Positions 23,681 to 30,249 of a stretch of 32,000 bases of DNA are shown here, piece after piece (positions within the stretch are counted from its first letter, which is position 1; the number at the start of each line of letters is the position of its first letter). A model generated the notes under the pieces. That model did not search any database and was not told the DNA's origin. It was given only the letters and a program-made list of their open reading frames with translations. This stretch comes from Erysipelotrichaceae bacterium MTC7. GTDB taxonomy: Bacteria; Bacillota_I; Bacilli_A; Erysipelotrichales; Erysipelotrichaceae. Location of the stretch: positions 1 through 32,000 of the forward strand of contig LVZN01000002.1 of the NCBI GenBank assembly GCA_001695645.1, in the 5' to 3' direction. A program made the position numbers and the translations under genes.

Positions 23681-24390
23681 CTATCGGTCTGAATGGCCTT
23701 GCTCCGGGTTGGGGCGCTCCGCCGCCTGGGGGAAACGGCCAATGACTTCTTTGTAAGCCGCCATCTGCTCCCGGATGGAGAGCCGCGGGTAAGCAAAAAC
23801 CTTGTGTTCGGCGGGAATGTCCTCCCGCCCGTGGTAGTATTCAATAAACTGGCTGCCATTGGGGAGGAAAAAACCACCTTTGACAAAGCTGCCATCCTCA
23901 TTGATCCGCATATCCCGGCCATACGCCTCATAATCGAAATAATCCCGCAGGTTTTCGGGAATGTCGATCATCTCCATGTCCTCCGCGTAAATACGGCCCA
24001 GGGTTTCATCATCGGACACGCCGATATAGAAATCGTAGCAATCCAGGTTTTCCGCAAGGTTGATAAGGTCGCCCGCGCCGGAGGTGTGCTCGCCGCTGGC
24101 GACAGCCGCCTCAAACTTCTCCAAATCGCTTTTGTCCAGCTCGGAGAGCAGGCAGGCCAGATGGTTGAGCTCGTCAATGCTTTCGTATTCCCCAGGCAGG
24201 CATTGAGTTCCGGCAGGTCGCCGCCATAGTCGGCAATAAAAATCTCCTCATAGCGGATATTGTCAATGCCGATTTGTTTTAGGACTTCCTGTACCTCCTC
24301 CCTGGTGGTGGGGAATTTCAGAAGTGAGCTTGCCAGTTCGCCCTCGTTGTATTTCCCAAGATTGGTGACATACGCCTCGATCACCGCCAT
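23681..24390 (-). pseudogene. ardA: ArdA antirestriction gene with a -1 frameshift in a homopolymer run
   Basis: The N-terminal part MAVIEAYVTNLGKYNEGEL...DLPELNACLG is in one frame (start 24390). The C-terminal part ...EKFEAAVASGEHT...DCYDFYIGVSDDE...DYFDYEAYGRD is in another. Adding one G to the GGGG run (plus-strand CCCC, 24190-24193) restores LGEYESIDELNHLACLLSELDKSDLEKFEAAV. Confidence 0.85.
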
Positions 24391-24391
24391 A

Positions 24392-24733
24392 TCAGCGTCG
24401 CCTCTGGCCCTTGACAGTGAGGATGCCGTCCAGGGTGGTGGCGGTGATCCCAAGCCGCTGGGCCACCGCGATGTCATTTTTCACCGCTTCATCGACATGG
24501 CTCCCGCATACTACCAGCACACGGGAGCGCCGGAGCAGGTCGCGCCCCATGTCAATACCGCTTTTATGCTCCTCCGGCACCGCGTCATTGAGGAACAGCG
24601 GCAGATAGAGCATCGGGCAGATGGGGGAATACCCCGCATCGTAGACAATACGGCAATATTTAGCCGCCTGCTCCATAACCTCGCACTCGCCGCCGCGCCA
24701 TGCGGCGGTCACATACGCAAGGGGTCGTTTCAT
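24392..24733 (-). CDS. DUF4406-like / nucleoside deoxyribosyltransferase-like ICE protein (function tentative)
   Basis: 113 aa. SPICPMLYLPLFLND...RVLVVCG pattern. ATG after GGAGGTTTGGATT. Confidence 0.55.
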   Translation of the reverse strand: MKRPLAYVTAAWRGGECEVMEQAAKYCRIVYDAGYSPICPMLYLPLFLNDAVPEEHKSGIDMGRDLLRRSRVLVVCGSHVDEAVKNDIAVAQRLGITATTLDGILTVKGQRRR

Positions 24734-25001
24734 AATCCAAACCTCCGTTTCTTTTCCTTATATATAGGTAGGGTCAACCCTATCCCCCGCCCTTTCCCTA
24801 TCCAGGGAAAGGGGGCGGCTCTGGAGGATATACCCCCGCCGCTCGCCGGGAATAGCACAGCCGGGGCAGACCGTAAAGGGCAAGCCGCCGCAAAAGCGGC
24901 GGGCGTTCCGCCCCTTGACGGCCCACTCCCGGCTGTGCGGCGTCAAACCCGGCGACGGGGGATATATCACCGCAGAGCCCATCCCAAGCGCGGAGCGCAT
25001 A

Positions 25002-25024
25002 CCTCTGGACAAAGTGTCCAGAAG
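25002..25024 (+). repeat. ICE palindrome copy R13
   Basis: CCTCTGGACAAAGTGTCCAGAAG, 11 nt after the ParB-like stop. Confidence 0.9.
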
Positions 25025-25035
25025 CAGGGGGCCGG

Positions 25036-26502
25036 TCACTTGTCGAGCTCGTTCTTCTTCTCCGGCTTTGCCAGTTCGGGCGGCTGCTTCTCTTTCCACT
25101 CGTCCAGCAGGGCCATGATCTGTTCTTTCATTTTGGCAGGAGTGATTTCCTTGCCGAAATACTTGTTGAGTTCGTCGGTACTGATGATCACGTTGTCAAC
25201 CTCCCTTTTTTCTTCGCTTAAAATGCCGTCGATCACATCTCCGTTGAGCAGGCCCTCCTGGTCGAGCTCCCGGAGCCGCTTTGCCTGTTTGACCGAGGGG
25301 GAGGACTGCTCCCCATCAATAGACACGGCGATGAGCCGCTGGTTTTCCGGCTTGATATACGACAGCTCCACGGCGGGCATAAAGCCCATATTTTTTGTGT
25401 CTACCTTTTCCAGAAGCTCCGGCACAAGATGGTTGAGCCGGACATAACGGAGCACCTTTTTATAGTTCATATCATGCTCCTTGCCCACGATCTCCACCGA
25501 GAGCTTACCCAGGGCCTCCGCCTCCTGGTCATTTTTGGGCCGGGCCCCCTGGCGCTTGATGGCCTCCAGCTCCAAATCCAGGAGTTTTGCCAATTCGCTG
25601 GGGAGAGGGTCGCCCCGCTGCTTGTTGCTGTTCTTCATTTCCCGGACAGCCTCAAGGTCGGTCATCTCACGGACAATACAGGGGATCTCGTCCAGGCCAG
25701 CCCGCTCACCGCCATGACAGCGGCGATGTCCCGCGATGATCTCATAGCCCTTGCCGTCCTTTTCCGGGCGGACGGTGGCCGGGGTCATAATGCCGTGTTC
25801 CCTGATCGTCCCCACCAGATCGTCCATCGCCTTATCGTCCTGCACCTTGAATGGGTGATCCCGTAAAGTATGGAATGGGTGAAGCTCCGACAGCTTCAAA
25901 TAGACGATTTTGCCCTGTTCCACCGGGCGGGGAGGCACCTCCGGCGTGGGCGGCAGCTTGATCTCCGGGGTAGGGGCCTCTGCCTCCTTGACCGGGGCGG
26001 GCTTGCCCTTTGGGACTTTCACACCGGGCCCAACACCCCCGGAACCTGTTTCCTTGTCCTTTTTTCCACCTCTGGACACTTTGTCCAGAACACCGGGGGC
26101 CGGGGACTTGCCAAGGGCCGCCTTGTCAGCCTTGGCCGGGCGGCCCTTGCGGGGCTCCGGCCCCTTTTCCGCTTTGCCGCCCTGGGGGTGATCCTGTTCC
26201 TTTGGGGGACGGCCCCGGCGCTTTGCCGTTTTTTCCTCCGGCTCCACTTTTTTATCCTGGTTGAGGGATTTCCCCGTCTTTTCAGCCTCGACCTGCGGCG
26301 CAGGCTGGGCTGGAGCGTCCTTGCCCATACCGGGGATCACAGACTGCTCCGGCTGGGGTGCCGGGCCGGTGCCAGCAGCGGGCCCCTCTACCTCTTCCGG
26401 GACAGGGGGCTTTGTTACAGCCTGGGCGTCCCCAGCAGGGCCCCCGCCAGGGTGATCCAGGACAGGGGACTCCGGGCCTGTTTTCAGTTTGTCATCTGCC
26501 AT
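25036..26502 (-). CDS. ParB/Srx-like N-terminal-domain protein with a long low-complexity N-terminus
   Basis: 488 aa. About 190 aa are rich in P, K, G, E and A. Then comes the ParB N-domain (IVYLKLSELHPF...GYEIIAGHRRCHG, GxxR motif). ATG after AAGGAGG. Palindrome R14 is in frame (VLDKVSRGG). Confidence 0.88.
   Translation of the reverse strand: MADDKLKTGPESPVLDHPGGGPAGDAQAVTKPPVPEEVEGPAAGTGPAPQPEQSVIPGMGKDAPAQPAPQVEAEKTGKSLNQDKKVEPEEKTAKRRGRPPKEQDHPQGGKAEKGPEPRKGRPAKADKAALGKSPAPGVLDKVSRGGKKDKETGSGGVGPGVKVPKGKPAPVKEAEAPTPEIKLPPTPEVPPRPVEQGKIVYLKLSELHPFHTLRDHPFKVQDDKAMDDLVGTIREHGIMTPATVRPEKDGKGYEIIAGHRRCHGGERAGLDEIPCIVREMTDLEAVREMKNSNKQRGDPLPSELAKLLDLELEAIKRQGARPKNDQEAEALGKLSVEIVGKEHDMNYKKVLRYVRLNHLVPELLEKVDTKNMGFMPAVELSYIKPENQRLIAVSIDGEQSSPSVKQAKRLRELDQEGLLNGDVIDGILSEEKREVDNVIISTDELNKYFGKEITPAKMKEQIMALLDEWKEKQPPELAKPEKKNELDK
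26069..26091 (-). repeat. ICE palindrome copy R14 (in frame in the ParB-like CDS)
   Basis: CCTCTGGACACTTTGTCCAGAAC. Confidence 0.88.
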
Positions 26503-26527
26503 TCGCTAACCTCCTTATTTTGAAATG

Positions 26528-26553
26528 AAAAAAGCCAGACCTCCCGGCCTGGC
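26528..26553 (-). terminator. Terminator-like hairpin insulating the ICE right end
   Basis: The minus strand reads GCCAGGCC-GGGA-GGTCTGGC then TTTTTT, just upstream of the ParB-like SD. A second hairpin with T-runs on both sides, ACGTCGCT...AGCGACGT, lies at 26595-26631. Confidence 0.45.
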
Positions 26554-26690
26554 TAACTAAAAAACTTTCCCTCCTTTCTCTGTCCGGCCCATAAAAAAAC
26601 GTCGCTTTTCACAAAGAAATAGCGACGTTTTAGTGTAGGTTGGCTCGGTTTTGTTGTGTTTTATGATTATACCCTTGTATAAAAACCTAA

Positions 26691-27680
26691 AGTAGTAACA
26701 AGTATAAAACGATAACTATCAAGGAAATCTTTCGTGGTCCGGATACTCAGAAATATGCTTTTGAATTGTCAGATGGCTATTGCATTGAAACGGTAAGCAT
26801 TAAAAGAAAAACTGGTACTACTGTATGCGTGAGCACCATGATAGGTTGCCCTGTTGGGTGCATCTTTTGCGCCTCTGGTGAAAATGGATTTGTCAGAAAT
26901 CTAACACCATCTGAAATAGTTCAACAAGTAATACTGATAAATGGTAGAGTAAATAGGATTGTATTCATGGGCATGGGAGAACCTCTGTTCAATTATGATA
27001 ACGTGATAAAGTCCATTCATATATTAAGAGACCGCAAAGGACTTGATTTTCCAACAGATGGTATAACAATATCAACAACGGGACCGCTCCCTCAGATGAA
27101 GAAGTTGAGAGAAGAACATTTAAAAATCCAACTTACGTTATCCCTGCATGCCACGAATCAGCATGTAAGGGACTATATCATGCCGCATATGAAAGGGTAT
27201 GATATAAATGAAGTAGTTCAATCAGTACTCTCATATTCAGAAAGACATAATCGTAGCGTTACTATAGCATATTTGCTTATACCGGGTGTAAATGATCGTG
27301 CGAATGATGTAAAACAGTTGGGAAGATGGTTTCGTGACAAAAATGTATTGATTAATCTTTTACAATACAATGAAACGGATTGTAAAGCAGTTCGAAGACC
27401 AAACAAACAGGAACTCGTTGCATTTCGTGATAAGTTAAATAAGGTGGGACTTACTGTGAAAATCAGAGAATCCCGAGGTGGCAATATAAAAGCCGCATGT
27501 GGTCAATTGGTAAGTAGATTAAATAACCGCAATATGAGTGCACCCAAGAAAAAAGGAGCTTCGGAATTGGATACAGGTTCGTCGAACAATGCTGGATCTT
27601 CGAGTAGATTGAAGCCAAGTAAGAGACGTTATGTAAACAATAAAAGCAAGAATGGAAAAAAGGGTTCATCGCATAAATAA
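26691..27680 (+). pseudogene. RlmN/Cfr-family radical-SAM methyltransferase lacking its N-terminal domain
   Basis: KYAFELSDGYCIETV, VCVSTMIGCPVGCIFCASG (CX3CX2C), FMGMGEP and NIKAACGQL. The frame is open only from 26691, and the ORF-track TTG is at 26766. About 60-80 N-terminal residues found in full-length family members are absent. It also has a Lys/Ser-rich C-terminal tail. Confidence 0.7.
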
Positions 27681-27751
27681 GAGCATGTCGGAGTGTGATC
27701 TAGTATTTGCGTTCACTGATCTGCATGAACTTCACAAATGGAGGCTCGATT

Positions 27752-27967
27752 ATGAATGAATTTGTTGATATGCATGTCCATTCAAAATTCTCAATTGATG
27801 GAATGTCTACGATGGAGGATTATTGTCTGATTGCCGGCAAAACGGGTACAAGAGTTATTTGTTTTACTGAACATGTGGATTTTAATTCAGAAGAAACAAT
27901 AAAGCATTATATAAAACATCACAATGAAGAACACCCTGTAGATAATTTCACGATTGATGAAGAGTAA
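27752..27967 (+). pseudogene. PHP-domain (HisJ-type phosphoesterase) N-terminal fragment
   Basis: MNEFVDMHVHSKFSIDG...VICFTEHVDF is the first PHP metal-binding motif set. The ORF ends after 71 aa, whereas family members I know are several-fold longer. Confidence 0.6.
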
Positions 27968-28019
27968 CCACTATATACCTGCTTTAGCTGGTGGGCGACT
28001 TTCAGTCGCTTAAGTGAAC

Positions 28020-28039
28020 CCCTCGCCTTTAGGCGAGGG
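28020..28039. terminator. GC-rich hairpin between convergent genes
   Basis: CCCTCGCC-TTTA-GGCGAGGG, preceded by a weaker GCGAC-TTTCA-GTCGC hairpin at 27995-28009. The T-run is poor. Confidence 0.3.
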
Positions 28040-28182
28040 TCGTTCAGTTCATCCCTTCATCTTAATGAATGGTCGTTAGCGGTTATTATTCGATAATATT
28101 ATTCTTTATCCTCAACCTCGACTGCGACAGATATCCACTGAACACCAAAGCAGTATGGTCAGAATATAATCGGTCTCTCCGC

Positions 28183-28392
28183 CTATTCCTCTGTTCGTTC
28201 AATCTCCACGATGTCATCAAGCTCACAGTCGAGTGCTTTGCAGATGCGAAGCAGTACATCCGTAGTGACATTCTCATCCTTGCCGAGTTTCGCAAGAGAA
28301 GATGAACTGATGCCCGCCGCTTTTCGCAAATCCGTCTTCTTCATATCTTTGTCAATCAGTAGCTTCCACAGTTTCTTATAACTCATCTTCAT
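28183..28392 (-). CDS. Small HTH (XRE/HTH_26-like) protein, last gene of the ABC-3C-like operon
   Basis: MKMSYKKLWKLLIDKDMKKTDLRKAAGISSSSLAKLGKDENVTTDVLLRICKALDCELDDIVE. ATG at 28390-28392 lies 9 nt after AAGAGG and overlaps the ATPase 3' end by 17 nt. Confidence 0.8.
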   Translation of the reverse strand: MKMSYKKLWKLLIDKDMKKTDLRKAAGISSSSLAKLGKDENVTTDVLLRICKALDCELDDIVEIERTEE

Positions 28393-30034
28393 TTTGAGAT
28401 ACCTCTTTATTCCATGACTCACCATAAAGTTCACAGTTACCATCAGACAGTTTCAATACGGTGTTGTCAGCTAATATTTTCTGAGTATCCGGCATATAAG
28501 CCGCCTGCTTATCGAACGCTATAAACACCTGCTTTCTGCTCTGCGCGTATATTTTCATAATGCCGTCAACCGCTCCGTCACCGATATTCTTCAGAATAAG
28601 GGAGTCGTGCGCGATAGCCGGGAGTGCCGTAAGATACAGAACGGCGAGGTCGTAAACCACCATACCCTTGTAATTGGATCCTGTTCCCGTATCGTCCGGC
28701 GTTTCAAATCTGTAGCTGTTGTATTCGTTAAAGTGCAGATGAGGAGCTTTGCGCGACTCCGTGAAGAGGGAGTCGTTGAATTCCTTCATCTTGTCGTTGA
28801 TGGAACGCTCAATGTCCGCAAGGATATCCTCGATAGCGCGTTTCAGCATTTCATCTGCCTTCTTGCGGGCATCCTGCAGGTCGGTCAACGTAAGGTAAGC
28901 CTCATTCTGTGCTTTCAATGCGTCGATGCGACCTTTGATCTCGGAGTGCTTGTCCAGAAACTCCTTGGAGAGGTTTCCGACAAAACCGAGTTCGCTGATT
29001 TGCGTCTGCAATGCCTTTATCTGTTCCTGCAGATCGGCGATTTCTCCCTCAACAGACTGACGTTCGGCAGAAAACTGCTCGTCAAGGATAGCCGCCAGTT
29101 TCTGGTGATACTTTTCAACTTCATATAGTTTGCGGATGTTCACCTCCGGGAAAAACTCCTGTAAGGCGGACAGATCCGCTTCCGTTGGGTATAAGCCGTA
29201 TTCAAGGCTCATGTTCAGCAGGTTCAGCCTGCGCTGCTTGGACTGCATTTCAGTCTCAAGGCGCAGTTTGCTTGCCTGCAGCTGAGACTTGATGCGGCTT
29301 TTTTCTATATCTATACCTTTTTGATCTTCCACCTGCTCTGCGGTCAGATTGTCGAGTTCTACCTGCAGGCTGCGAATCTGCGCAACATTTTCGTCGTACT
29401 GCGTCTTGCCGCCAACCAAGTCGGGAACAAAGCGGTATTTCCGAGCCTCGCGGTATGCCGCCAGTTTTTTCTTCTGTTCCTCAAGGCGGCCGTTAAATAC
29501 CTCCACGTCCTTGTAGCGGTCAAACAGCTTCACAAGTATGTCGATGGACTTCTGCATGCTCTCGCCGGGGAGCCCTTTGAGCGGACGGCGCTCGTCCGTA
29601 TTTTCTTTGCCGTAGATGCGGAAGAAACTGCTCATGGTCTCACGGAACGAAAGCCCGGAGAAGTCGATATGATATTTTTCTTTGAGCCAGTTGGCAAATT
29701 CCTGCTTTGTCCAGACATCCCCGGTCAGCTGGTATCCCTCGGAACACACATGGATGTCATCAGGGGACGCAGTGTTGCGGGCAAAGTAGTACGGCTTTCC
29801 GTCAAAAGCAAAGGTGAAGAAAATCGTATGGTCGCCGATATGCTTTACACCATCGCTGGCAAGATAGGTGTTGCCGCCGAATACAAAATCAATAGCAAGC
29901 ATGGCGGAGGACTTGCCGATGGAGTTCTCGCCATCCTCTTTTCCAAGAACGACGTTCAATCCGTCTTTGAAACGGATTGGAGGCCGTTCTTTTCCTTTTT
30001 CCTTAAACGCAGGTGAGGTCATTTCTATAAGCAT
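28376..30034 (-). CDS. SMC/Rad50-like ABC ATPase with central coiled coil (DUF2326 / ABC-3C ATPase-like)
   Basis: 552 aa. Walker A GENSIGKS near the N-terminus, a heptad-rich middle of about 200 aa, and C-terminal TGSNYKG plus Walker-B-like LPAIAHDS. Confidence 0.82.
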   Translation of the reverse strand: MLIEMTSPAFKEKGKERPPIRFKDGLNVVLGKEDGENSIGKSSAMLAIDFVFGGNTYLASDGVKHIGDHTIFFTFAFDGKPYYFARNTASPDDIHVCSEGYQLTGDVWTKQEFANWLKEKYHIDFSGLSFRETMSSFFRIYGKENTDERRPLKGLPGESMQKSIDILVKLFDRYKDVEVFNGRLEEQKKKLAAYREARKYRFVPDLVGGKTQYDENVAQIRSLQVELDNLTAEQVEDQKGIDIEKSRIKSQLQASKLRLETEMQSKQRRLNLLNMSLEYGLYPTEADLSALQEFFPEVNIRKLYEVEKYHQKLAAILDEQFSAERQSVEGEIADLQEQIKALQTQISELGFVGNLSKEFLDKHSEIKGRIDALKAQNEAYLTLTDLQDARKKADEMLKRAIEDILADIERSINDKMKEFNDSLFTESRKAPHLHFNEYNSYRFETPDDTGTGSNYKGMVVYDLAVLYLTALPAIAHDSLILKNIGDGAVDGIMKIYAQSRKQVFIAFDKQAAYMPDTQKILADNTVLKLSDGNCELYGESWNKEVSQNEDEL

Positions 30035-30249
30035 GAGTACACCTCCCCATCTTCATTGATATCAACCGCCCGGAGAGCATACAGGCAGTCCATGACGGAC
30101 AAAAAGTCCGTAGCATCGGCCAGAGCCGGTCTCATCACAAGGAATAAGTCCTTCACTTCTTTAGGACCGTTTTTCAGTTCGGTCAGCACCTTGGGAACCA
30201 GTTCCAGGGTGCTTGCTTTATATGAATACAGTTTATTCGGTAATTGCAT
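30025..30249 (-). CDS. Small middle-component-like protein (74 aa)
   Basis: MQLPNKLYSYKASTLELVPKVLTELKNGPKEVKDLF.... The ATG at 30247-30249 overlaps the upstream gene end by 17 nt, and its stop overlaps the ATPase start by 10 nt. Confidence 0.6.
   Translation of the reverse strand: MQLPNKLYSYKASTLELVPKVLTELKNGPKEVKDLFLVMRPALADATDFLSVMDCLYALRAVDINEDGEVYSCL

Larger units (their letters stand above)
1150..26650 (-). mobile_element. Integrative conjugative element of the clostridial CTn/Tn1549-like type with a terminal large serine recombinase; boundaries approximate
   Basis: Sharp shift from AT-rich to GC-rich sequence at about 1155 and about 26530-26650. It carries a complete MPF/T4SS and mobilisation gene set (VirB4, VirD4, VirB6-like, PrgI-like, NlpC/P60, MobC, relaxase), with the recombinase gene at the extreme left end. 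Confidence 0.8.

Noticed and set aside
2982-26091. Whether the 14 palindromic repeats could be a CRISPR array.
   Set aside because: Spacing is irregular, from about 400 to about 5200 bp. The copies are separated by whole genes, occur in both orientations and have no cas genes nearby. This is not a CRISPR architecture.
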